A stretch of DNA of 32,000 nucleotides from Candidatus Lokiarchaeum ossiferum (lineage in GTDB: Archaea; Asgardarchaeota; Lokiarchaeia; Sigyniarchaeales; Promethearchaeaceae): NCBI GenBank assembly GCA_025839675.1, contig CP104013.1, positions 4,980,001 to 5,012,000 of the forward strand, in the 5' to 3' direction. Every line of letters begins with the position of its first letter. Positions within the stretch are counted from its first letter, which is position 1. The position numbers were made by a program, and so were the translations under genes. The notes below the pieces were generated by a model. That model had not been told where the DNA came from, ran no database searches, and was given only the letters and a program-made list of their open reading frames with translations. Positions 8,974 through 17,884 of the stretch are shown here, one piece after another.

Positions 8974-9909
8974 ATGAAAATGAAAAAAAGAAATAATATT
9001 GATAAAAATCCTTATGAAAACCCCATTCTAATTAACTTATTTGCGAAATATGATACTTTATGGGAACTATGCCCAAAAAAAGTAATGAGATTCCTTGAAA
9101 AAAAAATAAAACCATATGTAAAAAGAAATATTCAATATTTAGGTGAATTTGGTTATGAGTTGATTGCAGTTATTCCTTTTGCTTACTGGTTACATTTAAA
9201 TGGAAAACTTCTTTCGACAAGAAGTGCAAAGGATACAAAATGTTTGTACTATTTCTCAAAGTATCATGTAGAAATAAATAAAAAGAGGAAGTTTATCAAA
9301 GTTTCAAATTTTCCTCTGAAAGATATCCATATTCCTTCAATAAATACAAGTAAATGGTGTCCTCCCCCATATAAAAAAATTTATAGAAATTCTAAATTCC
9401 TTTGGGGAAAACCAATTTGTGTAATTTGCAATAAATTTACGGAAGAATGGGGCGGGAAACCTATCAATTTTTTATCTATTGAAATTTTGAAAGAAATATT
9501 TGATTTATTGAAATCAAAATATCAAATTATATACAATCGCCCTTTAAGCAAAAATATTGTTGCAGATGATCAAAAAGAAATAAGTTTTCCCGATATGCAA
9601 TTAATAGAAGAAAAATATCCAGATATTCAAACTATACAAGATTTGGCAATTAATAATGAAGATTTATCATTCAACGTTCTTCAAATGATGCTTTATGCAA
9701 ATTGCGATCATTTTATTTCCGTTCAAGGCGGAAGCTCTGTATTTTCAAGCTTTTTTGGAGGTAAAAACATCATTTTTGCAAAAGAAGGAGGAGAATTGAG
9801 GCATAATTCATTTAAGTGGTACAATAAATTTTCAGGATCAACCATTTTCCATTTGAACGATTATTCAAAACTAATTGAAACACTAAAACGAGAGTATTTA
9901 AATGAATGA
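8974..9909 (+). CDS. Uncharacterised protein, possible GT-B-like glycosyltransferase, translationally coupled to glf
   Basis: 311-aa ORF. Its last 8 nt overlap the glf start (9902..9909). GEFGYELIAVIPFAYWL and HFISVQGGSSVFSSFFGGKNIIFAKEGG loosely resemble GT9/GT61-type motifs. No confident family assignment is possible by eye. Confidence 0.5.
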   Translation: MKMKKRNNIDKNPYENPILINLFAKYDTLWELCPKKVMRFLEKKIKPYVKRNIQYLGEFGYELIAVIPFAYWLHLNGKLLSTRSAKDTKCLYYFSKYHVEINKKRKFIKVSNFPLKDIHIPSINTSKWCPPPYKKIYRNSKFLWGKPICVICNKFTEEWGGKPINFLSIEILKEIFDLLKSKYQIIYNRPLSKNIVADDQKEISFPDMQLIEEKYPDIQTIQDLAINNEDLSFNVLQMMLYANCDHFISVQGGSSVFSSFFGGKNIIFAKEGGELRHNSFKWYNKFSGSTIFHLNDYSKLIETLKREYLNE

Positions 9910-11020
9910 TATATTGATTGTAGGTGCAGGTTTCACAGGTTCAGTTTTAGCAGAAAGAATTAGTTCAAAACTGAATAAAAAATTACTTCTAATTGATAGA
10001 AGAGATCATGTTGGAGGAAATAGTTTTGATTATTATAATGATAATGGTGTTTTAATTCATAAATATGGTCCCCATTACTTTAGGACTAATTCTGATAAGG
10101 TTTTTCAATATCTTTCCCAATTTACTAAATGGAGACATGTAGAATATAGGGTACGGACTTCAGTTGATGGAAATCTATATCCAATTCCAATAAATCGGGA
10201 TACAATTAATCAATTTTTTAAGATTCATTTGAAAAACGAGCAACAAACTAAAGAATACCTAAATAGTATTAGAGTAGAAATTGAAAAACCAAAAAATTCC
10301 GAAGAAATTGTTATTTCAAAAGTTGGAAAAGAAATTTATGAAAAATTTTTCAAAAATTATACATTCAAACAATGGAATTTATATCCAAAGGATTTAGATC
10401 CAGAAGTGTGTGCAAGAATTCCGATTAGAATAAATACAGATGATAGGTATTTTACTGATGAAATTCAAGCTATGCCTGTTGATGGCTATCATTCTCTCTT
10501 TAATCGAATGTTGAAAAATCCTAAAATAACTGTTAAATTGAATACAGATTTTAAAGAAATCAAAAATTTAGATGATTTTAAACTTATAATATTTACTGGC
10601 TGCATTGATGAATTCTTTAATTTCAAATTTGGCCGATTACCATATCGTTCCTTAAGATTTGAAATAGAAAATCATCAGCAAGAATTTTATCAAAATTGGA
10701 GTCAAATTAATTATCCTAATGATTTCGATTATACCCGAATTGTCGAGATAAAGCATGTGACTGGTCAAAAAATTCCTAATACTACAATTGTGAAAGAATA
10801 TCCAGAAGCCGAAGGTGATCCTTTTTATCCAATTCCTCGTAAGCAAAATCATGAAATATATAAAAAATATGAGGATGAAGCCAAATCTCTTAAAAAAATA
10901 ATTTTTGTAGGAAGATTAGCCCAATACAAATATCTAAATATGGATCAAGTTGTTGCAAATAGTTTAGAATTATTCGAAAAAATTCTTTTGAAAAAAGAAA
11001 TCTTGGGTAAGGGAAGTTAA
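9902..11020 (+). CDS. glf: UDP-galactopyranose mutase
   Basis: 372 aa. It has the N-terminal FAD fold ILIVGAGFTGSVLAERI, then LLIDRRDHVGGNSFD, HKYGPHYFRTN and the C-terminal FVGRLAQYKYLNMDQVV. All are characteristic of Glf. Confidence 0.92.
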   Translation: MNDILIVGAGFTGSVLAERISSKLNKKLLLIDRRDHVGGNSFDYYNDNGVLIHKYGPHYFRTNSDKVFQYLSQFTKWRHVEYRVRTSVDGNLYPIPINRDTINQFFKIHLKNEQQTKEYLNSIRVEIEKPKNSEEIVISKVGKEIYEKFFKNYTFKQWNLYPKDLDPEVCARIPIRINTDDRYFTDEIQAMPVDGYHSLFNRMLKNPKITVKLNTDFKEIKNLDDFKLIIFTGCIDEFFNFKFGRLPYRSLRFEIENHQQEFYQNWSQINYPNDFDYTRIVEIKHVTGQKIPNTTIVKEYPEAEGDPFYPIPRKQNHEIYKKYEDEAKSLKKIIFVGRLAQYKYLNMDQVVANSLELFEKILLKKEILGKGS

Positions 11021-11021
11021 T

Positions 11022-11996
11022 TTAAGAATGGTTTTGCCAGTCAAAAACATCTTGAATGATATTTAACATATTCTTTTTAGCTTTCCAGTCAAGCAATTTT
11101 TCTGCTTTGTCGGGATTAGCAACAAGAATTGCAGGATCTCCAAGTCTTTCTTTGCAAAAATTTATTCTAATATTCTTCTTTGAAACCTCTTCAATAATTC
11201 TTATGATTTCTAAAATACTATTTCCTTTACCAGTTCCCAAATTGAAATAATTTGACTTTTTTGTTTTTTTAAGATATTCAAGCGCTTTCAAGTGCCCTTC
11301 TGCGAGATCTAAAACATGAATATAATCACGTATGCACGTTCCATCTTTAGTAGAATAAGAATTACCAAATACATTGATTTCCTTAGTTTTTTCGAATACT
11401 ACATCAAAAATTAGCGGGATTAAATGGGTTTCTGGATCATGTAATTCTCCGATTCCATATGCTGCTCCTGCTGCATTAAAATATCTCATTGAAATTGATT
11501 TGATTCCATAAATTTGATCATACCAGTGAAGATATCTCTCAAATATTAACTTACTTTCTCCATATGGATTAATGGGTTTTTTTACAGATTCTTCATCTAT
11601 TGGTAGATATTCAGGTTGTCCATAAATCGCGCATGATGATGAAAAAACAATTTTGTTGCATGAATGTTTTCTCATTGATTCCAGCAAATTTAATCCACCA
11701 TTTACATTATTATTGAAGTATAAACTTGGGTTTTTCATGCTTTCTCCAACATAAGCATAAGCCGCAAAATGTAAAACAGATTCAATTTCATTCTTAATGA
11801 AAACTTCTTCTATTGCATCTACATTGAGAAGATCTCCCTTAATAATTTGAATTCCTTCTGGGAGTGATTCTCGATGACCATATTTTAAATTATCAAAAAC
11901 AATTAACTGATCAAGTGAGTAACCATTTTTAAGAAAGTAATGAATTGTATGGCTACCGATATATCCCGCACCGCCTGTAAAAAGTATTTTCTTCAT
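11022..11996 (-). CDS. galE: UDP-glucose 4-epimerase (SDR family)
   Basis: 324 aa. It has KILFTGGAGYIGSHT (Rossmann GxxGxxG), SSSCAIYG, the YGESK catalytic YxxxK, and the RYFNAAGA and DGTCIRDYIHVLDLA blocks typical of GalE. Confidence 0.9.
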   Translation of the reverse strand: MKKILFTGGAGYIGSHTIHYFLKNGYSLDQLIVFDNLKYGHRESLPEGIQIIKGDLLNVDAIEEVFIKNEIESVLHFAAYAYVGESMKNPSLYFNNNVNGGLNLLESMRKHSCNKIVFSSSCAIYGQPEYLPIDEESVKKPINPYGESKLIFERYLHWYDQIYGIKSISMRYFNAAGAAYGIGELHDPETHLIPLIFDVVFEKTKEINVFGNSYSTKDGTCIRDYIHVLDLAEGHLKALEYLKKTKKSNYFNLGTGKGNSILEIIRIIEEVSKKNIRINFCKERLGDPAILVANPDKAEKLLDWKAKKNMLNIIQDVFDWQNHS

Positions 11997-12168
11997 TTTA
12001 CAATCCTTTTTTTTTTTAAAAATAATGAATTATTAAATATTTGAGAAATTAAGAAGTTGATTAATTTTTGCAGTTTCTTCAGTTCAAAAGTAATAAATAC
12101 TCGAATATTTCTCTTTTCTGTGATTGTCAGTTAAATCAAAGTTCTATTTTGTACTGATTATCTTTATA

Positions 12169-13395
12169 CTAAGAAGAATGTTTTTTATTAATCAATTTTT
12201 GAATCTCATTAATTCGCTTTTCATAACTCCTTGAAATTGCTTCAAAACTGTGATATTTTTTAATATCTTCTTGTGCTTTGATTTGTAATTTATTTCTATA
12301 ATTTTTATCATAAAACAATTTCCTCATGTAAGAAGTTGCTTCAGATAAGTCTGGATCTGCCCAAACCATCCCTTGTTTATAGTGGAGGTATTCTCCCTTC
12401 TTTAATTCAATTAGTTTGTAAGGAACCAAACAAGAATTATCTGCATTCATAAAATCAACATTGCCGGAATAATTGGTGCCAATGACATTTTTTCCCATAT
12501 ACATGGCTTCCGCTAATCCCAATCCAAACCCTTCGGACCGATGGAGTGATACATAAACATCGCAAGAGTTGATTAGGCCGAGCATTTTCTCACGTTCCAA
12601 AACTTCATCAATGGTATATATATTATTAGCATTAAAACTGTTAATAAATTCATTAAAATCTATTTCTTGTTTTAAATCATTTTTAATTTTTTGGAGTTTT
12701 ATTACCAAACCAACTTTTTCTGAATCATTGTCTGAAAAAGCATTTTTGAAACACTGAATCACTGCTTCTGGATTTTTTCTAGTTATATATGAGGACATAT
12801 CGAAGCTAAAGAGAAATAGAAATTTATTTTTAGGCAGATTAAAATCTTTTCTGGATATATGATGGGGAATTTGGAATTCCACCGGAATTGGCATATGGAA
12901 TACGGGAAGATTCGTACTGTGTTTCATTGTGTCATAAATAAATTTGGAGGGCGCCCAAACTTCATCGAGATACTTAAACTGTTTTGTAAAAATTTTTGGT
13001 AAAGTTGATAATTCCCAATAGCCGTACCCAATATTATATTGAGATTTAATAATTTCGTTTAATCTTCTTGTCATGTAAAGCCAAACTTGGGTTCCATTCA
13101 TACAAAAAAGATTGATATTGTATTTATTTTCCTTTGAAATAAAATTTTTAACTTCATTATTTGAATGTGAATGTTGAATCGCTAGATCTGATTCATTAAC
13201 ACAAAAATTTACTGTTAATTTTGTAAATGCATTAGTTACTAATCGAATATGTTGCCCAATTCCAAAATCTCCATTTGGAAATCCGATTAGATTAACACCA
13301 TCATTCTTTTTTAGATTTTTAAATCGTTTCAATAAATTATAGAAATTAACCAAGAAGAATACGTAAATCAGATAAAAAAATTCCTTAATTTTCAT
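12169..13395 (-). CDS. GT4-family (group 1) glycosyltransferase, paralog P1
   Basis: 408 aa. It has GVNLIGFPNGDFGIGQHIR near the N-terminus and the EX7E motif in HRSEGFGLGLAEAMYMGKNVIGTNYSGN. It is a close paralog of 14731..15963 and 17885..19144. Confidence 0.8.
   Translation of the reverse strand: MKIKEFFYLIYVFFLVNFYNLLKRFKNLKKNDGVNLIGFPNGDFGIGQHIRLVTNAFTKLTVNFCVNESDLAIQHSHSNNEVKNFISKENKYNINLFCMNGTQVWLYMTRRLNEIIKSQYNIGYGYWELSTLPKIFTKQFKYLDEVWAPSKFIYDTMKHSTNLPVFHMPIPVEFQIPHHISRKDFNLPKNKFLFLFSFDMSSYITRKNPEAVIQCFKNAFSDNDSEKVGLVIKLQKIKNDLKQEIDFNEFINSFNANNIYTIDEVLEREKMLGLINSCDVYVSLHRSEGFGLGLAEAMYMGKNVIGTNYSGNVDFMNADNSCLVPYKLIELKKGEYLHYKQGMVWADPDLSEATSYMRKLFYDKNYRNKLQIKAQEDIKKYHSFEAISRSYEKRINEIQKLINKKHSS
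12409..12522 (-). repeat. 114-nt arm of a perfect inverted repeat (partner 15628..15741), inside GT4 paralog P1
   Basis: The reverse complement of 12409..12522 is identical base for base to 15628..15741 (ttgggattagcggaagccatgtatatgggaaaaaatgtcattggcaccaattattccggcaatgttgattttatgaatgcagataattcttgtttggttccttacaaactaatt). Confidence 0.9.
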
Positions 13396-13565
13396 AAAGT
13401 AATTATTTGTTGCCTAAATTTTAATTTTATGGTATATAGGAAGCTTTACAGCATAATCCTCATTAATTTTAGATGTAAAGATGTATAAATGAATTATTTT
13501 CAGTTTTACTTGTTCAAAAAAACTCGAATAGTAATATCAATTTGAAGTAAAAGTCTTCCTTTTCT

Positions 13566-14636
13566 TTACAATTCAATCTTAATATTTTTACAGTATATCT
13601 TTAATATTTTTAATAAGATTGCATTTTCTTGCTCTAAATCAATGAATTTTTCCATATATTTTGTTGCATTAGATGCAATTTTTTTACATTTCTTATCGTT
13701 AGACACGCACCATTTATATATTTCTTCCAGATTATCTAATTTATCATTTAATGGAACATAATGAACATACGGTTTCAATTTTCCTTCCATCAACCAACTT
13801 TCTACAGAAGGTTTTGGCATTAAAACAAGGGAATTAGAATATAGCCCCCATTTCAAATTTGTTGCAACATCATTTCCTTCAATGCTAATAATATATTTAT
13901 ACTGAAGCTGTTCTTTAATAGACATAAATCCTTTAACATTTTTGCTCAGATGTTGTTGTTCTTGGCATATTTCATTAAATCCTATATTAAAAACAAGATA
14001 ATTGTCACATTTTTTTTTAAGAAAAGAACTAAAATATGAAATTAATTTCAATGGGATCATTCGGCTTATACAAGCAATTATTCGATTTAATTTAAAAAAA
14101 CTTTTTTTTAAGAGTCTGAATTTGTCAGATATAAAATATTTGTCCATATAGGTCCTAACTAAACGATATCTTGGATTATTTTCACCATATCCTGTTGTAA
14201 TTCCTCGCCAAACAATTCTGCTACTTTTTTCATCCCATGAAACATCATTTTGGTTTATATCATCAAAAAAAAGCCAATGTCGAAAAATATTAAGTTTGAA
14301 AACAATTGAATTATCTTTCATTTTATCGGGTGATGATGAAAGGGTTCTATATTTCATTATCACAGGTAAATCTGGAAAATGAGATGAAATATCTCCAAAT
14401 TGAACAATAAATTTATTGTTTTTGTTCGGAATTGACAGTAAGTTCAAAATTCTTTGAAAATCTTTGATATAAGGAATACTGTGATATTTTTTAAAAATAT
14501 GATCATTGTATAGGACAGTTAAATCGTTCCAATGTGGTAAAGTTTCTGAAAATTTTTCAACCTGTCTGCGATCAATAACAAGGTCTGTATTCCACCATTT
14601 TCCCATATAATATTGAACTCTTTCATCAATATTCAT
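13566..14636 (-). CDS. GT90 / CAP10-domain glycosyltransferase-like protein (POGLUT/KDELC/Cap10-type)
   Basis: 356 aa. WRGITTG... and the C-terminal block YKYIISIEGNDVATNLKWGLYSNSLVLMPKPSVESWLMEGKLKPYVHYVPLNDKLDNLEEIYKWCVSNDKKCKKIASNATKYM follow the Glyco_transf_90 pattern. Compare human POGLUT1 [74 protein letters not shown]. Confidence 0.65.
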   Translation of the reverse strand: MNIDERVQYYMGKWWNTDLVIDRRQVEKFSETLPHWNDLTVLYNDHIFKKYHSIPYIKDFQRILNLLSIPNKNNKFIVQFGDISSHFPDLPVIMKYRTLSSSPDKMKDNSIVFKLNIFRHWLFFDDINQNDVSWDEKSSRIVWRGITTGYGENNPRYRLVRTYMDKYFISDKFRLLKKSFFKLNRIIACISRMIPLKLISYFSSFLKKKCDNYLVFNIGFNEICQEQQHLSKNVKGFMSIKEQLQYKYIISIEGNDVATNLKWGLYSNSLVLMPKPSVESWLMEGKLKPYVHYVPLNDKLDNLEEIYKWCVSNDKKCKKIASNATKYMEKFIDLEQENAILLKILKIYCKNIKIEL

Positions 14637-14730
14637 AATAAATTGAATTATAGAATAAATAATAAATTTTTGAAATCAATTGACATTTGTTTCAAAAAAA
14701 TATTATTATTTGAATATTTCAGATTACTTG

Positions 14731-15963
14731 ATGTTAATAAAATCTATGAAAAATTTCTTGTATACGTATTTTTATTATAAACCCTACAGTTATTTGAAAT
14801 ATTACTATTACAAATTAAAAAAAAATCGAAGAAATGATAAGAAACTATTAGGGGTTAACATAGTTGGTCTTCCAAAAGGAGATTTTGGAATGGGGGAACA
14901 TATTCGATTAGTTTCTCATTCATTTGAAAAAACTAACCTGAATTTCATAGTAAATGATACGAAACTTGAGTATAATAATCCTAATAATAATAATAATATA
15001 GATTATTTAATATCTCATGAAAATCTATATGATATAAATTTAATTTGCCTTAATGCACCTCGATTAATAACGTATATAACAATCACAGTAAACGATTTCG
15101 TAAAAACTCAATATAATATTGGGTACGGTTATTGGGAACTTCCAATATTGCCAAAAAAATACCTCAAGCAATTTAAGTATCTCGATGAGGTTTGGGCCCC
15201 CTCCAAATTTATTTATGATACAATGAAACAAAGTACGGATCTTCCCGTGTATCATATGCCAATTCCCGTGGAATTCGATATTCCTCATCATATTTCCAGA
15301 AAAGATTTTAATCTGCCTGAAAATAAATTTCTATTTCTCTTTAGCTTCGATATGGGTTCCAGTGTGATTAGAAAAAATCCCGAAGCTGTAATCCAGTCAT
15401 TTAAAAAAGCTTTTAATAATAAAAACATCAATGATGTCGGTTTGATAATCAAATTTCAAAGAATGAAGGGTATTAAAAGATTTGATGAATCCTATCACAG
15501 TCTCATGCTTCATACAAATGCACCTAATATATATATTGTTGATGAATTATTGGATCGCGAAAAAATGTTAGGTTTAATTAATTGTTGCGATGTATATATA
15601 TCGTTACATCGTTCAGAAGGGTTTGGTTTGGGATTAGCGGAAGCCATGTATATGGGAAAAAATGTCATTGGCACCAATTATTCCGGCAATGTTGATTTTA
15701 TGAATGCAGATAATTCTTGTTTGGTTCCTTACAAACTAATTCCAGTGGAAAAAAATCAATATCCCTATGTTGAAAAAGGATCAGTATGGGCTGAACCAGA
15801 ACTGGATGCGGCTGCAAAATTTATGCTTAAATTATACAATGATAAAGACTTTAGGGAAAAACAAGCTAAAAACGCATTTGATCATATGCGAAAGTTCTAC
15901 AGTTTCAATGCAATTGGCAAGAAATATGAAGAACGTATAGTTAAGATAAAAAATAATGGATAA
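14731..15963 (+). CDS. GT4-family glycosyltransferase, paralog P2
   Basis: The ORF track opens at a TTG at 14680. Alignment with the paralog N-termini (MLIKSMKNFLYT vs MKLKDFKNLIYT) favours the ATG at 14731. It has GVNIVGLPKGDFGMGEHIR and HRSEGFGLGLAEAMYMGKNVIGTNYSGN (EX7E). Confidence 0.8.
   Translation: MLIKSMKNFLYTYFYYKPYSYLKYYYYKLKKNRRNDKKLLGVNIVGLPKGDFGMGEHIRLVSHSFEKTNLNFIVNDTKLEYNNPNNNNNIDYLISHENLYDINLICLNAPRLITYITITVNDFVKTQYNIGYGYWELPILPKKYLKQFKYLDEVWAPSKFIYDTMKQSTDLPVYHMPIPVEFDIPHHISRKDFNLPENKFLFLFSFDMGSSVIRKNPEAVIQSFKKAFNNKNINDVGLIIKFQRMKGIKRFDESYHSLMLHTNAPNIYIVDELLDREKMLGLINCCDVYISLHRSEGFGLGLAEAMYMGKNVIGTNYSGNVDFMNADNSCLVPYKLIPVEKNQYPYVEKGSVWAEPELDAAAKFMLKLYNDKDFREKQAKNAFDHMRKFYSFNAIGKKYEERIVKIKNNG
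15628..15741 (+). repeat. 114-nt arm of a perfect inverted repeat (partner 12409..12522), inside GT4 paralog P2
   Basis: Identical to the reverse complement of 12409..12522. Allowing one mismatch, the identity extends back to 15616. Confidence 0.9.
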
Positions 15964-15966
15964 ATG

Positions 15967-16728
15967 TTATTTCATAGTGTCTAAATAATGCTTAATTCCA
16001 AGAGAAGGATCTTCTTCAAACATTGTTAAATGTCCGTGATCCATGACTCCAACTTTAGTTGCTAATTTTTTGACCATATTCATGTCATGGGTCACCAATA
16101 TTATTGCAGAACGTTCCTTATATCTATTAATTGCTTGATAACATTTTGCGCGAAATTTTTCATCACCTACTGCTAAAACCTCGTCTATTAGTAAAATATC
16201 TGGTTCCATTTGGTATGATATGGCAAAACCTAATCGAATATACATCCCGGAAGAGTAATGTTTAACTGGTGTGTCGATGAAATCCCCAATGTCCGCAAAT
16301 TCAATGATTTCATTATATTTTGCATCAATTGTTTTTTTCGACATTCCAAGTATTGCTCCGTTCACATAAATATTTTCACTTCCTGTTAAATCTGGGTGGA
16401 ATCCTGCGCCTACTCCGATCAAAGCACCCATTTCACCTCTGTATTTAATGGTTCCTTTATCGGGGGTGTAGATTCCATTCAATATTTGAAGAAGTGTTGT
16501 TTTCCCTGATCCATTATGACCAATAAGTGCCAATGTTTCTCCCTTTTTAAGTTGGAAAGATACATTGCTTACAGACCAAAATTCATCTTTTCTCAATTTC
16601 TCAGAATGTGTTTTTAATCCAAAGATTTTCCTCAATACATCTTTCATTGTATAAACCATCGATTTGGAAAGTGTTTTACAAAATTTCTTTGAAACATTAT
16701 TTACTTGAAATACAACATTTTCATCCAT
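15967..16728 (-). CDS. wzt: Polysaccharide/teichoic-acid type ABC exporter ATP-binding protein (Wzt/TagH/KpsT-like), short form without C-terminal carbohydrate-binding domain
   Basis: 253 aa. It has Walker A GHNGSGKTTLLQIL, the signature variant YSSGMYIRLGFA typical of Wzt/TagH, Walker B ILLIDEVLAVGD and an H-loop VTHD. The ATG directly abuts the permease stop codon. Confidence 0.9.
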   Translation of the reverse strand: MDENVVFQVNNVSKKFCKTLSKSMVYTMKDVLRKIFGLKTHSEKLRKDEFWSVSNVSFQLKKGETLALIGHNGSGKTTLLQILNGIYTPDKGTIKYRGEMGALIGVGAGFHPDLTGSENIYVNGAILGMSKKTIDAKYNEIIEFADIGDFIDTPVKHYSSGMYIRLGFAISYQMEPDILLIDEVLAVGDEKFRAKCYQAINRYKERSAIILVTHDMNMVKKLATKVGVMDHGHLTMFEEDPSLGIKHYLDTMK

Positions 16729-17583
16729 TTATAATATCTCCTTTATCCGTTTCTCAGTAACATGGAAAGCCGTTAATAAAATCCAAAAACAAACAATAGA
16801 AAATACAACGGTGATAAAATATTCCGTAGTAAGTGATGATGAAGAAAATAATATTAAATCCCTTGGGAATGAAATCAAATAATAGACTGGGTTAATAGTT
16901 GATAAAAATTTAATTATACCTGTTTCAGGCACAATATAAAGGACTGGGGTAATTAACATTAAAAAGGGAAGAATTGCAGTAAGTATTGATGCAACATCGT
17001 GCGCAATTGTATTAAAAATTGCAAATATTAGTCCAAAACCCGTTGAAAGAAATATGATCGGAATTATAAAAACAATTGATGCCAAAAGAGCAACTATATT
17101 TGGTACATAGCCATAAATTAATAGCAATATGACAACTAAGAGAGTTTGAGTGAAGAAAGTGATGACAGAATATCCAATTGATGAGAAAACTATAGGTTTT
17201 AACGAGAAATTTATTTTTTTAATCATTCCCCCCGTACTAATGATGGAATATGTACATGCCATTATTGATGAGGAGAATAATTGCCAGTAAGCCATTCCCA
17301 AAGTGGCATAAATCGGATAAGGGACTTCACTTACTCCAGAAATGAATATTCCAGATTCATTCAAAAAAACAAATGTTAAAACATTCAAAATTGGAAATAT
17401 AAATGCCCATAAAAACCCTAGAAAGGATTGTTTATGAATAGAAAGGAAATTTCTTTTAATAAATTGAGCAGTAAGCCATTTATTTTTTTTTAAATCATCA
17501 ATTATTTCCTTTTGTGTTTCAAAAATGCTTAAATGAGTCAGATCTTTCGGTTTAATTACAGTTATATTACCTTTATCCTCCAT
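16729..17583 (-). CDS. wzm: ABC-2 type polysaccharide exporter permease (Wzm/TagG-like)
   Basis: 284 aa, about 6 hydrophobic helices. The N-terminal cytoplasmic segment has KWLTAQFIKRNFLSIHKQSFLGFLWAFIFP, which is typical of ABC-2 permeases. It lies immediately upstream of and contiguous with the ATPase gene. Confidence 0.85.
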   Translation of the reverse strand: MEDKGNITVIKPKDLTHLSIFETQKEIIDDLKKNKWLTAQFIKRNFLSIHKQSFLGFLWAFIFPILNVLTFVFLNESGIFISGVSEVPYPIYATLGMAYWQLFSSSIMACTYSIISTGGMIKKINFSLKPIVFSSIGYSVITFFTQTLLVVILLLIYGYVPNIVALLASIVFIIPIIFLSTGFGLIFAIFNTIAHDVASILTAILPFLMLITPVLYIVPETGIIKFLSTINPVYYLISFPRDLILFSSSSLTTEYFITVVFSIVCFWILLTAFHVTEKRIKEIL

Positions 17584-17884
17584 ATATTAACCCTAAATTA
17601 TTTATAAAAGAAAAATTTTTCTTTATTCCTTTTACTTTTTTAATATCTAAATTGGAAATAAACCATTTTCATAAATTTAATTGATTCAATCATTAATCAT
17701 TGGAGTAATCAATAATTGATCATTGAATTGGTAAGATTTTTTTCTTGGTTTTTCGAGAACGTTATCTTCTAGATTTTCATTAAATGATTGTTCTTACATG
17801 CGTTTCAAAAAACCAAATTCACCGGTAGATCATATAAAACTTGAAAGAAAAAAGTTAAGAAAGAAATTACGTTCTTTCTTTTAT

